A DNA stretch of 64,000 nt from Vulcanimicrobiota bacterium. GTDB lineage: Bacteria; Vulcanimicrobiota; Vulcanimicrobiia; Eremiobacterales; Eremiobacteraceae. Below the pieces are notes generated by a model. That model was not told the DNA's origin. It searched no databases and was given only the letters and a program-made list of their open reading frames with translations. Both the position numbers and the translations under genes were made by a program. The stretch is from NCBI GenBank assembly GCA_963805945.1, contig CAWDVP010000002.1:224001-288000 (forward strand), given 5' to 3'. This document shows positions 8,887-19,470 of the stretch, one piece after another (the first letter of the stretch is position 1; each line of letters starts with the position of its first letter).

Positions 8887-10205
8887 TACGCGTAGATGCC
8901 CCGCGTCTGGTAACAGTCCACCACGCGACGGATCGCGACCATGTAAGCGGCCTGGCGCAGCGGCGCCTTGTAGCGCTGCGCGGTGTTCCAGACCTCGTCG
9001 AAGTTCTCGCGCATGACGTCCTTGAGCCGGTCGTTGACCTCGCTCTCGCGCCAGTAGTACCCCATGCGGTCTTGCACCCACTCGAAATACGACACGGTGA
9101 CGCCGCCGGCGTTGGCGAGGATGTCCGGGATGATCGTCACGCCCGCTTCGGACATGAGCTTGTGCGCCTCGGGCGTCGTCGGACCGTTCGCGCCTTCAGC
9201 GATGAGGAATGCCTTGATCTTGCGCGCGTTGCGGTCGGTGATCTGGTTCTCGATCGCGGCGGGGACGAGGATGTCGCAGTCGAGCTCGAGCAGCTCGGTG
9301 TTGCTGATCTGCGTGCCGCCGGGGAACCCCTCGAGGCTGTGCTTGACGTTCTTCGCCTCGCCGATGTACTCGATCGCCGCGATCGGATCAAGCCCATCTT
9401 TGTTCTGCATGCCGCAGAACTGGTCGCTGATGCCGACGATGATCGCGCCGTGCTCGTGCAGCAGCTTGGCCGTGATCGAACCGACGTTGCCGAAGCCCTG
9501 CACCGCGACGCGCTGGCCCTTGAGCTGTTTGCCCATCTTCTCTAGCGCGGCCTGGATGCAGATCATGACGCCGCGCCCGGTCGCCTCCACGCGCCCGCGA
9601 GAGCCGCCGACGCAGATCGGCTTGCCGGTGACCACGCCGGGCGTGTGCGCGCGCATGTGCATCGAGACGGTGTCCATGATCCACGCCATCGTCTGCGCGT
9701 TGGTGCCGACGTCCGGCGCGGGCACGTCTTTGTCCGGACCGATGATCTCGATGATCTCGGCCGCGTAGCGGCGCGTGAGCCGCTCGAGCTCGCCCTGCGA
9801 CAGCTTCGACGGGTCGCACGTGACGCCGCCCTTGCCGCCGCCGAACGGCAGGTCGACGACCGCGCATTTCCAGGTCATCCAAAACGCGAGCGCGGTGACT
9901 TCGTCGAGCGTGACGCCGGGGTGATACCGGATACCGCCCTTGGCCGGCCCGCGCGCGAAGTTGTACTGCACGCGGTAGCCTGTGAACACCTCGAAGTCGC
10001 CGTTGTCGCGCTGGAAGGGGATCGAGATGACGACCTGACGCGACGGGTGGGTGAGGATGCGGCGGATGGTCTTGTCCAGAGCGAGCCGGTCGGCCGCCTC
10101 ATTGAAGTAGGCGATCGCCTCGCCGAACACGGACGCTTCGTGTTTGTAACGCTCTTGCGTCTGCAAGCCCGCGGGCTGATCGTTGCCGACTTTGGTTGCC
10201 ATCAT
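8886..10205 (-). CDS. gdhA: Glu/Leu/Phe/Val dehydrogenase (glutamate dehydrogenase)
   Basis: GPAKGGIRYHP, GGGKGG, PAPDVGT, QGFGNVG, EGANGPTT and NAGGVTVSYFEW motifs. Confidence 0.92.
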   Translation of the reverse strand: MMATKVGNDQPAGLQTQERYKHEASVFGEAIAYFNEAADRLALDKTIRRILTHPSRQVVISIPFQRDNGDFEVFTGYRVQYNFARGPAKGGIRYHPGVTLDEVTALAFWMTWKCAVVDLPFGGGKGGVTCDPSKLSQGELERLTRRYAAEIIEIIGPDKDVPAPDVGTNAQTMAWIMDTVSMHMRAHTPGVVTGKPICVGGSRGRVEATGRGVMICIQAALEKMGKQLKGQRVAVQGFGNVGSITAKLLHEHGAIIVGISDQFCGMQNKDGLDPIAAIEYIGEAKNVKHSLEGFPGGTQISNTELLELDCDILVPAAIENQITDRNARKIKAFLIAEGANGPTTPEAHKLMSEAGVTIIPDILANAGGVTVSYFEWVQDRMGYYWRESEVNDRLKDVMRENFDEVWNTAQRYKAPLRQAAYMVAIRRVVDCYQTRGIYA

Positions 10206-10216
10206 CGTTCTCCAAT

Positions 10217-10244
10217 GGGCCGACCTAAAGGTCGGCCCCTACAT
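10217..10244 (-). repeat. GTAG-type REP palindrome, family A
   Basis: gggccgacct-aa-aggtcggccc-ctacat; six near-identical copies in the window. Confidence 0.85.
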
Positions 10245-11336
10245 CTACACGTTGAAGCGGAAGTTTACCACGTCGCCCTCTTGCATCACGTACTCGCGGC
10301 CCTCGGAGCGCAGCAGACCTGCCTCGCGCACCGCGGCGAGACTGCGCAGCCGCGCCAGATCATCATATGACTCGATCTCAGCGCGGATGAAACCGCGCTC
10401 GATGTCGCTGTGGATCTTGCCCGCGGCCTGCGGCGCCTTCGTGCCGCGCTCGATGGTCCAGGCGCGCGTCTCTTTTTCGCCTGCGGTGAGAAATGTCATC
10501 AGATTGAGGAGCCGATATGCGCCCACGATCAGACGATCGAGGCCGCTTTGCTCCACTCCCAGCTCTTTGGCATAGGCCGAAGCTTCGTCCGGCGGCAATG
10601 CCGCCAGTTCTGCCTCCAGCTTGGCGCAGATGACGATGGATTCGGCCTTCTCGGATTGCGCTCGCGCTCGCACCGCGGCGACGGCCGGCGATTGCCCGTC
10701 AAGGCTTGCTTCATCGACGTTCGCGACGTACATCATCGGCTTGGCGGTGAGCAAAGTCAGTTCCTTTGAGAGGGACACTTCAAGCTCGCTGCGCGCGATG
10801 GATCGTGCCGGCTTGCCTTCATTAAGACCCTCGCGCAGATTCTCGAGCGCCACGACCTCCGGCGCGAGCTTCGGCTCCGCCTTGGCGCGCGCGCGCGCTT
10901 TGTCGAGCCGCTTCTCGACCGTCGCGAGATCGGCGAGCGCCAACTCCACGATGACGATCTCGATGTCGCGTAGCGCGTCCGGCTTCTCCTCTACGTGCAC
11001 GACGTTGCCGTCTTCGAAGCAGCGCACGACCATGGCGATCGCGTCGACTTCCCGAATGTGCGAGAGGAACGCGTTGCCGAGCCCTTCGCCTTTGGACGCG
11101 CCGCGCACGAGTCCGGCGATGTCGACGAAGGTGGTCGTCGACGGCACGATCTGCTTGCTCGAGAAGATGTCGCTGAGCACTTGCAGACGCGGATCGGGCA
11201 CCGGCACGATGCCGACGTTCGGGTCGATGGTGCAGAACGGATAGTTGGACGCGGCCACGCTCGCGCGCGTGATCGCGTTGAACAGCGTCGACTTGCCGAC
11301 GTTGGGCAGTCCCACGATCCCACAGGCGAGCGACAT
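10245..11336 (-). CDS. ychF: Redox-regulated ATPase YchF
   Basis: GLPNVGKSTLFNA, NYPFCTIDPN, DIAGLV and IHSDIERGFIRAE motifs. Confidence 0.96.
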   Translation of the reverse strand: MSLACGIVGLPNVGKSTLFNAITRASVAASNYPFCTIDPNVGIVPVPDPRLQVLSDIFSSKQIVPSTTTFVDIAGLVRGASKGEGLGNAFLSHIREVDAIAMVVRCFEDGNVVHVEEKPDALRDIEIVIVELALADLATVEKRLDKARARAKAEPKLAPEVVALENLREGLNEGKPARSIARSELEVSLSKELTLLTAKPMMYVANVDEASLDGQSPAVAAVRARAQSEKAESIVICAKLEAELAALPPDEASAYAKELGVEQSGLDRLIVGAYRLLNLMTFLTAGEKETRAWTIERGTKAPQAAGKIHSDIERGFIRAEIESYDDLARLRSLAAVREAGLLRSEGREYVMQEGDVVNFRFNV

Positions 11337-12157
11337 CAGTTCGTGTGCCCCCCGGGCAGCCAGCCCTTGGCTTGCAGTGCTTGCGCGATGCGCGTGCGCA
11401 GCGCGTCTTCTGCCGCGCTCACGCCGCTCTCCGGCGCGCGCATCGACACGCTATAGGTCGCCTGCTGCGCATCGAAATCTTCGAGCCTGATGACGACCTC
11501 TTCCGACTTGACCGATATCGCGGTCGCCGCATCGGCGACGATCCCGCGGAGGCCGTCCTGCATCTCGTTCGCGCCGGCGCACCACGGCAGGACGAGTTTG
11601 ATGTCGATGCGTCGCCGCGCTTTGCTGCCGTTGGTGACCGCGTAGATGTTGCCGTTGGGGATGAACAGCGTCCGCCCGCCCTTATCGATGAGCCGCGTGG
11701 TCCGGATGCCGACCCCCACGACGATGCCGCTCACCACAATGCCGCCGACCCCGAGCGTGAGCTCGACATAGTCGCCGATCTCGAACTGGTCCTGGGTGAA
11801 GATCGCGTAGCCCGCGAGCCAGTCGCGCACGAGCGCCTGCGCGCCAAAGGCGAGCGCAGCGGTGACCGCTCCGGCGCCCCACACCGCCGAGGTGACGTCG
11901 ACCTGCCAGATGTCGAGCAGCACGAGCACGAGCACCACGACGACGACGAATGAGATGACCGACTTGAGCGGATCGACATAGGTCGACGCGCGTGACTTCT
12001 GCCCCTCGGTGTGCGGTGCGAAGAGGCGGTCGATCAATGCGAGCACCAGCCGCCACGCCACGAACGCGACCGCCAAGGCGATGAGCGTTTCGACCGCGTG
12101 GACGTAGATGTCGTGTCGCGTCAGCGATGGCACAGTTTCGTTCGGCGTCGTCTGCAA
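11336..12157 (-). CDS. Small-conductance mechanosensitive channel family protein
   Basis: AFGAQALVRD..G, GDYV and IPN motifs; three TM segments. Confidence 0.85.
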   Translation of the reverse strand: MQTTPNETVPSLTRHDIYVHAVETLIALAVAFVAWRLVLALIDRLFAPHTEGQKSRASTYVDPLKSVISFVVVVVLVLVLLDIWQVDVTSAVWGAGAVTAALAFGAQALVRDWLAGYAIFTQDQFEIGDYVELTLGVGGIVVSGIVVGVGIRTTRLIDKGGRTLFIPNGNIYAVTNGSKARRRIDIKLVLPWCAGANEMQDGLRGIVADAATAISVKSEEVVIRLEDFDAQQATYSVSMRAPESGVSAAEDALRTRIAQALQAKGWLPGGHTN

Positions 12158-12255
12158 GGCCCGCGCCCTTCCAGAGCGGTTTCAGCCGGTCCTGCGCTTG
12201 GCCGCTGTGACGTAGGAACCGACATTTTTTCCCGCGAAAGGCGGGTCGATTTCTC

Positions 12256-12735
12256 ATGCGCCAGATGAAAGTGGACAAACTCGGCATCGACCTGCTCACC
12301 CACGATCCGGTGGTGATCCTCAAAGACGTGGAGGGACGCCGCTACTTGCCCATTTTGATCGGCGCTTTCGAGGCGACCGCGATCCAGCTCGCGCTCGAAG
12401 GACAGCCGGTGCCGCGGCCGCTGTCGCACGATCTCATGAAAGCGATGCTCGACAGCCTCAGCGCCAAGCTCACGAAGGTCGTCATCCACGATATCCGCGA
12501 CAGCACGTTCTTCGCCAAGCTCGTGCTCGAGTGCAACGGCGAGGATCAGGAGATCGACGCGCGCCCGAGCGATTGCATCGCGCTCGCACTGCGCGCCAAC
12601 GCGCCCATCTACGTGAGCGATAAGATCGTGCTCGAAGAATCGGTTTACGACAAGAAGGCTGAGGAAGAAGAGATGCAGCGCTTCAAGAAGTACATCGAAA
12701 GCCTCAAGCCGAGCGATTTCAAAGCAGAATCCTAA
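12256..12735 (+). CDS. Bifunctional nuclease family protein (DUF151)
   Basis: LPILIGAFEA, RPLSHDL and IDARPSD motifs. Confidence 0.9.
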   Translation: MRQMKVDKLGIDLLTHDPVVILKDVEGRRYLPILIGAFEATAIQLALEGQPVPRPLSHDLMKAMLDSLSAKLTKVVIHDIRDSTFFAKLVLECNGEDQEIDARPSDCIALALRANAPIYVSDKIVLEESVYDKKAEEEEMQRFKKYIESLKPSDFKAES

Positions 12736-12749
12736 AGGGGTAGCACGTT

Positions 12750-13553
12750 GTGAAGCACACCGCCGAGATCGGGGTCTTCGGAGGCTCGGGGTTCTATTCG
12801 TTGATCGACGGCATGACCGAGATCAAGGTGGAGACGCCCTATGGCGCTCCGTCGGATGTCGTCGCGCTCGGCGAGATCGAGGGCCGGCGCGTCGCGTTCT
12901 TGCCGCGGCACGGCAAGACGCACTCGCTGCCGCCGCACATGATCAACTATCGCGCCAACCTGTGGGCGATGAAAGAGCTCGGCGTTACGCGCATCATCGC
13001 CCCGACTGCCGCCGGCTCGCTGCAAGGCTGGGTGAAGCCGGGGGACTTCGTGGTCTCCGATCAGCTCGTCGACCGCACCACAGCGCGCAAGGACACGTAC
13101 TTCGACGGCCCGATCACGACGCACGTCTCGTTCGCGCAGCCGTATTGCCCGCAAGTGCGCGACTTGGCGATTTCGGTCATCGGCAAGCAGGGCATCCCGG
13201 TGCACGAGCGCGGCACGGTGGTGTGCATCCAGGGACCGCGCTTCTCGTCCGTCGCGGAGAGCCGCTGGTTCGCCGCTGCGGGCTGGGAAGTCATCAACAT
13301 GACGCAGTATCCCGAGGCATATCTCGCGCGCGAGCTGGAGATGTGCTACGCGAACATCTCGCTCATCACCGACTACGACGTCGGGCTTGAGGGCGAAGAG
13401 GGCATCGAGCCGGTGACGCACGAGGGCGTGATGAAGGTGTTCACCGAGAACAACCAGCGCGTCAAGAACGTCATCCACGCGATGGTCGATCTCATGCCGA
13501 AGCAGCGTACGTGCAAATGCGGCAGCGCGCTCGAGGGCGCGCGCCTAGGCTAG
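12750..13553 (+). CDS. mtnP: S-methyl-5'-thioadenosine phosphorylase
   Basis: GGSG, LPRHG, NYRAN, GPRFS, NMTQYPEA and TDYD motifs. Confidence 0.9.
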   Translation: MKHTAEIGVFGGSGFYSLIDGMTEIKVETPYGAPSDVVALGEIEGRRVAFLPRHGKTHSLPPHMINYRANLWAMKELGVTRIIAPTAAGSLQGWVKPGDFVVSDQLVDRTTARKDTYFDGPITTHVSFAQPYCPQVRDLAISVIGKQGIPVHERGTVVCIQGPRFSSVAESRWFAAAGWEVINMTQYPEAYLARELEMCYANISLITDYDVGLEGEEGIEPVTHEGVMKVFTENNQRVKNVIHAMVDLMPKQRTCKCGSALEGARLG

Positions 13554-15145
13554 ACCGTAACGCGCCAGTTCGCCGGCGATGCGCTTGCCCTGATAGCGCG
13601 CCAGCGTCATCACCGAGATCATCGGGTTCGCTCCGCACGAAGTCGGGAACACCGACGAGTCGCAGACGATAAGGTTGCGCGCCACGCGTGATTCGCCGCG
13701 CGAGTTGACGACGCTGCGCTTGGCGTCTTCACCCATCTTCACCGAAGCCTGCGCGTGCGACGAGACGAGCAGCGTCTCACACGGGGTGAACTGCAGGTTG
13801 TCGCATAGCGCGGCGTCGCGCGCCTTGGTGAAGCGTGCCGGCTGACCGCCGAGCAGCTCCTCTGAAGTGATGACCGCTTCCTTCGCGCCAGCGGCGAGCA
13901 TGATCTCCACGCCGGTCCGTGCGCCGAAACGCAGCCGGCTCTTGTCGCTTTCGCTCACCCGGTAGGTGATGGTCGCCGCGCCGCGCGTGTCGTCCCACAC
14001 GACTTGGTTGTGCGGATCCGGCGTGTCGACGAGCATGATGCCGAAGCCCGCCAGCTTCGCGTACTGCGACATCACTTGGAAATGGTCGAGGCCGATGCCG
14101 GGCAGCGCAGTCGCCGCGCTCATCGGGTGGTCGAAGAGACATTCGAGATAGAAGCCGTGGCTGCCGTAGTAGTGGTCGCTGTAGTAGGCGCCAGTGATGC
14201 CGCGGTAGTTGGTCAGCGTCTGTCCGAAGACGCCGGCGATCGGCAGGCTGGGATGCAGCACGAGTCCTTTGCCGACGAGTTTCTGCGGATCCGGATACCT
14301 CGAGCGCTGCAGCAAAGCGGGCGAGCCGATCGCGCCGGCGCTGACGATGACGAGCGGAGCGTTGATGCTGATCGCGCCGGCGGCGACGCTGTTGGGCTCC
14401 GAGCCAGGCGCCGTCGGCCGCACCACGCCTCGTACACCAGCGACGCCGTGCTCCGCCGTGGTACCCGGACGAAGCTCGAGAACGCCCCTGGAGAACTCGA
14501 TCGCCTCGATGTCGCAATGGTGCACGATCTGCACGCCGCGCCGCCGCGCGTCCGCGACGTAGGTGACCATCGTGCTCAGCTTGCGGTCGTAGGCGCAGCC
14601 CTGGCCGCAGTAGCCGCAGCCGATGCAGTCGATCATGTTCAGCTCGAAGCGCTTGGTGGGGATATGCATGGCCTTGCAGCCGGCGGCGAACAGCTTGTTG
14701 TTGTCGTTGATCTCGCTATCCTCGGCGGATGGACGTTGATGCGCTTGCGCACGTCGGCGAGCGCGGCCGCCATGTTGAGCCCGCCGATGCCGAAGTCGTT
14801 GGACGCACGGTCGAACGAGAACGGGCCTACGCCGAACTCCCGCCTCCAATACCTCCACACGTCCTGTCGCGGATCGAATGAGAGCGCGTAGTTGATGGTG
14901 GTGCCGCCGCCGACGCACTCGCCCCCCTGCACGGGGATGGCGCCGTCTTGGGTGGTGCGTGCTCCGCGATCGGCATAGAGCACGTTCATGTCGAGCTCGC
15001 GCTGATCGAACCAATCCTTGGTGTAGTAGCCGCCCTTTTCGATGAGCACGATCTTCTTGTTCGTGAATTCTGCGAGCGTCGCCGCGAGCACGCCGCCGGC
15101 GGCGCCGGACCCGACGATCGCGATGTCAGCGTTGAGCGTCGTCAT
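13545..15145 (-). CDS. GMC family oxidoreductase (one frameshift near 14730)
   Basis: IVGSGAAGG, VGGGTTIN, CIGCGYCGQGC, AGAIGSP and DSSVFPTSCGANP motifs, split across two frames. Confidence 0.85.
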
Positions 15146-15792
15146 GTGTGACGCACGTGCAGGATCGGCCCGGCGTAGCCGATGATCGGCCAGACGGGGT
15201 CTGAGGAATACGTCGCGGCCATGATGAGCGTCTTCATCGAGACGTAGAAGCGGCGCCGCGTGCCGAGCGCGCTATGCGCCCAGAGCATGATGTACGAGCG
15301 TTGGTCCGACAGCCGCAAGTCGGCGAATGACTGCTGCGACGAGATTGGCGCGTGCCACGCTGCGTACGCTTTTTCGTCGCGGCTCTGGCGCGCTGCCAGC
15401 GCCGAAGCGTCGCTCTTCTCGGGCGGAATCGCCGGATACGTCTCCATCTCGGTCGCGAGCAACGCCGGCGGCGGCGCGGCGAAGAGGCGCAGTGCGTCGA
15501 ACAGGGCGAGATTCTGGCGGATCTGCGGGTCGTTGCTCACGCCGAACAGCGCGTTGAGTCGCGCTTCGATCGCCGCCGGCTTGATGGCGGCGAAACGCGG
15601 ATCGTCGAACGGCAGCACCGCGCGGATGAGCGCCGCTAGCGCAGCATCCGCGGTCGCGTCGGCCGTGGCGGCGATGGTATCCGCCGCGGCGGCGCTGGAA
15701 CTGCTCCCCATGAGGCCGCCAGCCTGCAGCCAGCGCAGCGACGAGAGCGCCGCCGCGGCCGAGCCGGCCAGCACGAAATCGCGGCGATCCAT
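15142..15792 (-). CDS. Tat-exported partner subunit of the GMC oxidoreductase (gluconate 2-dehydrogenase subunit 3-like)
   Basis: MDRRDFV twin-arginine signal; C-terminal W..IGYAGP; overlaps the GMC start. Confidence 0.65.
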   Translation of the reverse strand: MDRRDFVLAGSAAAALSSLRWLQAGGLMGSSSSAAAADTIAATADATADAALAALIRAVLPFDDPRFAAIKPAAIEARLNALFGVSNDPQIRQNLALFDALRLFAAPPPALLATEMETYPAIPPEKSDASALAARQSRDEKAYAAWHAPISSQQSFADLRLSDQRSYIMLWAHSALGTRRRFYVSMKTLIMAATYSSDPVWPIIGYAGPILHVRHT

Positions 15793-16886
15793 CAGAGGCT
15801 TCTCAGTTGCACTTGCAGCCAACCGAGCGTCGCCGCCGGCGCCACGTTCGTGTTCGCGATGCGCGAGGCTTCGTTGATCGCGTCGATGGCATCGGCCGCA
15901 CGCGCAGCGGTGGCGTCGCCAAGCGCCGCGAGTGTCTGCTCGTACGACTTTGGCGTTCTCCGGGTCGAAGATCGCCTTCTTGCCTGCGAGCGCGATGACC
16001 ATGAGATCGCGGGCGGTGAGGCGCGCTTGGCGCAGCACGTCATCGAGCTGACCCACGTGCGGTCTCGCGGTCGTCTTTGTCGAGCACGGGCATCGGCGGC
16101 AGTTTACCCGGCGCTCGCAGACAGGCAAGCAGCCACTCCCGCGCCGTTTGTCGTAAGGCCGACGCGTCTTCGTCCAGCTCTGCGATCGCGTCGCCGAGGC
16201 TGCCCTGCGCGCGGCGTGCCAGCGCCTGCGCGTGGTCTTTGGGCTGGCCGTATTCGGCGACGAGCTGATCGGCGATCTCTTTCTCCGATAGCGAGTCGAA
16301 GCGCACGAGCATGGCGCGCGAGCGGATGGTCTCGAGGATGCCCTTCGAGCCGCTCGGTGGTGATGAGGAAGAGCTTGCCCGGATCAGGTTCTTCGAGCTC
16401 TTTGAGCAATGCGTTATAGGTGGCGTCGCTGGTGACGTTCTCGAAGTCGGGCAGAATAGTCACAAGCCGGCCGCCCTCGTAGCTCTTCATACCCATGAGT
16501 TGGATGATGCGCCGGCTCGCCTCGACGCCGATGTCCGTGGTCTTACGTTCTGCTTTGCCTGCGAGCGCATCGGCCGCGCGGACGAAGTCGTCGTCGACGA
16601 TGATGGTATCGCCTGACGTGCCGGCGATGCCGCGTAGGCACGGCCCGCACGTGCCGCAATAGCCCGTGGGAAAGGAAGTCGGACGCTCGCAGTGCAGCGT
16701 GAGCGCGAGCGCGCGCGCAAAGGTCTTCTTGCCCACGCCGCGCGGGCCGTGCAACAGGTAGGCATGCGCGAGCTTCTCCGGACCAAGGCGTCGGAAATAT
16801 TCGATGACCTGCGGTTGACCGACGAACGGTTTGGGCGCGTCCGGTCTAGGGGGCGGCGCGACCGGCGCGGGCATTCTCTTGGGCAC
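15792..16886 (-). CDS. holB: DNA polymerase III delta' subunit (frameshifts near 16340 and 16055)
   Basis: HAYLLHGPRGVGKKT, CGTCGPC and NALLKELEEP motifs; lies downstream of tmk. Confidence 0.8.
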
Positions 16887-16890
16887 GCGT

Positions 16891-17220
16891 TCAGGTTCGG
16901 CGGTATGGACGGCCGCGCCTCGCCCATGGTTTTACAAGTCTCTTGGTGGTGGGAAACCTTCCGGCACCTCGGCCATTATTCAAGTCGTCAAAGTGCTCAT
17001 CACGCCACTCATCTACCCGGCGGCCCCCCTTCCACGCAACTCGCGCTTGATTTAGGGTCATCGGTTGGTTGTCGCCCTCGTCGCTGTCGGGATGGTCAAA
17101 CTGCCCGGGGTCATCATACCATCCGCAACGCGGGCATTGATCCCAAGACCGTGGGTCGGTGAAAGCAGGCTCTAGATTGCATACCGGACAGGCGAGCGAA
17201 TCCTCCTGATCAGAAGCCAT
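16891..17220 (-). CDS. CPCC-family cysteine-rich protein
   Basis: CPVC..., CPRCGWYDD and N..TLNQAR motifs. Confidence 0.7.
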   Translation of the reverse strand: MASDQEDSLACPVCNLEPAFTDPRSWDQCPRCGWYDDPGQFDHPDSDEGDNQPMTLNQARVAWKGGRRVDEWRDEHFDDLNNGRGAGRFPTTKRLVKPWARRGRPYRRT

Positions 17221-17223
17221 AGG

Positions 17224-17850
17224 CTAGCCTTTGTGCCGCGTGAGGATGATCTCGCGGATCTGCGCCGCTAACTCTTCCTGCGGCCGCGTGCCGTCGAGCA
17301 TGATGATGCGCTCCGGATCGGCCGCTGCTAAGCGCCGATAGCCCTCGGCGACCCGCTCGTGGAACTCGCGTTTCTCCCGCTCCATGCGATCCGCCAAGCG
17401 TTTGCGTCCGTGCAATCGCTCCACCGATTTCTCGATCGAGATGTCGAGGAGGAAGGTGATGTCCGGCGCGAGTTTGCGCGATGCGAACATCGTGATCTGC
17501 ATGAGCGTCTCGAGCGGCAGGCCGCGCCCGTAGCCCTGATACGCGAGCGTCGCATCCCAGAAGCGGTCGCATACCACGATGCGGCCCTCTTTGAGCGCCG
17601 GCTCGATGACCTTGTCGACGAGTTCGGCGCGCGCGGCGGAGAGCAGCAGCGCTTCCGCTTCCGGCGACATCTGGCCGAGCGGGTCGATGAGCAACTCGCG
17701 CAGGCGCTCGCCCAGCGCCGTGCCACCGGGCTCGCGGGCGAAGATGAACGGGATCGTCGTCTCGGAGAGGTACTCGTGCAGCAGGTGGATCTGCGTGGTC
17801 TTGCCCGCGCCCTCGACGCCCTCAAAGGTGACGAACAGCCCGTCGGCTAT
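17224..17850 (-). CDS. tmk: Thymidylate kinase
   Basis: [18 protein letters not shown] and [14 protein letters not shown] motifs. Apparent ATA start behind GGAGG, overlapping the upstream stop. Confidence 0.92.
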   Translation of the reverse strand: MADGLFVTFEGVEGAGKTTQIHLLHEYLSETTIPFIFAREPGGTALGERLRELLIDPLGQMSPEAEALLLSAARAELVDKVIEPALKEGRIVVCDRFWDATLAYQGYGRGLPLETLMQITMFASRKLAPDITFLLDISIEKSVERLHGRKRLADRMEREKREFHERVAEGYRRLAAADPERIIMLDGTRPQEELAAQIREIILTRHKG

Positions 17851-19443
17851 TGATATGCCTCCTGGAAGACGCGCACGCGACGGTTGGGCTCCGCGCCCGT
17901 GGAGCGGGATTGCAATTGGTGCTTCTCGGCGAGCTGGTGCTGCAGCCGGCGCACGTACGAGGATTGCGGCGACAGCTCCACCGGCTTGTGGTGCAGCATC
18001 ACCTGATAGACCGCTTCCTCGGCCTCGCGCAGCGCGAGCTCTTCGTCGTCCATGCGTGGGCAGTTCGAACAGGTCGCGCATGCAGGCCTGGATCTGCGAC
18101 GTCGTGTTCGTCTTGAGCGCGTAGATGGGCATGTTCTGGGCCGCCATCGCTTTGAGCTTGCCGTGGTCGCGCCGCTCGAGCGCCTTGAGCGTGAGCACGA
18201 CGTCGGCGTCATCCCATTGGCGCACGACCTGGGCGGGCACGCGCAGATTGGCGATGGCGCGCTCGATCTTCGTGCGGCTCACGCCGTACGGGAAGATCTT
18301 GGCGATGTCGCTGCCGGATTCGTCGTCGTCTTCGGGCTCGTCGTACGCCGCGATCGGCGCTTTGCCGGCGGGGCGATGCCGTCCGTTGGTCTCGTAGCGC
18401 GTCTGCACGGTCTGCGCTTCGGCTTGTTGCACGACCTCGACGCCGCCACGCTCGTTGCGCACGCGGATCTCCGGTTTGGGTTGATAGCCGCGCAGGATCG
18501 CGTCGACCACCTCGTCCACCGGCGCGTGGATCGCGAGCTTGTGGCGTTCTTGGATCTCGATGATGACGTCGAAGGTGGGCGGCGCCTTGCGCTCGAGCAC
18601 CGTCTTGCGCGTGCCGCGGCGTTTGGCTTCTTCATCGGAGAGCGTGACCGCGCCGATGCCGCCGACGAGGTCGGACAGGGTCGGGTTGGTCATCAGGTTC
18701 TCGAGGTCGGTGCCGTGCGCGGTGCCGATGAGCTGCACGCCGCGTTCGGCGATCGTCCGCGCCGCGAGCGCCTCGGCTTCCGTGCCGATCTCGTCGATGA
18801 CGATGACCTCGGGCATGTGGTTCTCGACCGCTTCGATCATGACCGCGTGCTGATTGGCCGGCACGTCCACCTGCATGCGCCGCGCGTGGCCGATGCCGGC
18901 GTGCGGCACGTCGCCGTCGCCCGCGATCTCGTTGCTCGTGTCGACGATGACGACGCGCTTGCGCAGGTCGCCCGACGAGAGCACGCGCGCCACTTCGCGC
19001 AGCATGGTCGTCTTGCCGACGCCCGGCCGCCCGAGCAGCAGTATTGATTTGCCGGAGCGCACCACGTCCGCGATGATGTCGATGGTGCCGTAGACGGCGC
19101 GGCCCACGCGGCACGTGAGGCCGACGATCTTGCCCGTCCGGTTGCGAAGGCACGAGATGCGGTGCAGCGTCTGCTCGATGCCCGCGCGGTTGTCTTTGCC
19201 GAACGCCCCGATGCGCCCGACCACGTACGCGATGTCGTCGGCGTCCACCGGGACCTGCGAGAGGTAGCAGAAGTCGCGCGGGAAGCGCGCCTCCGGCAGC
19301 CGCCCGAGGTCGAGGATGACTTCGATCAGATCGTGGACGTTTGTGAGTCGGGTGAGCGCCTGGCGTATGGCCGGCGGGAAGATGTCGAGGAGCGCGTAGA
19401 GTTCCCAGTCACCGCTTTCGTGCGCGGCAAGGTCCTCTTTCAA
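17847..19443 (-). CDS. SpoIIIAA/Ycf45-like AAA ATPase with C-terminal R3H domain (frameshift near 18055)
   Basis: [19 protein letters not shown] and IDEIG motifs; R3H motif RRLQH lies in the shifted frame. Confidence 0.88.
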
Positions 19444-19470
19444 GTATATGTCACCTCGCAGGTGCTTGCG

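Noticed and set aside
17224..19443. Apparent 739-aa AAA-ATPase/thymidylate kinase fusion
   Set aside because: An indel near 18055 bypasses the R3H domain, which is intact in another frame and has its own stop at 17847.
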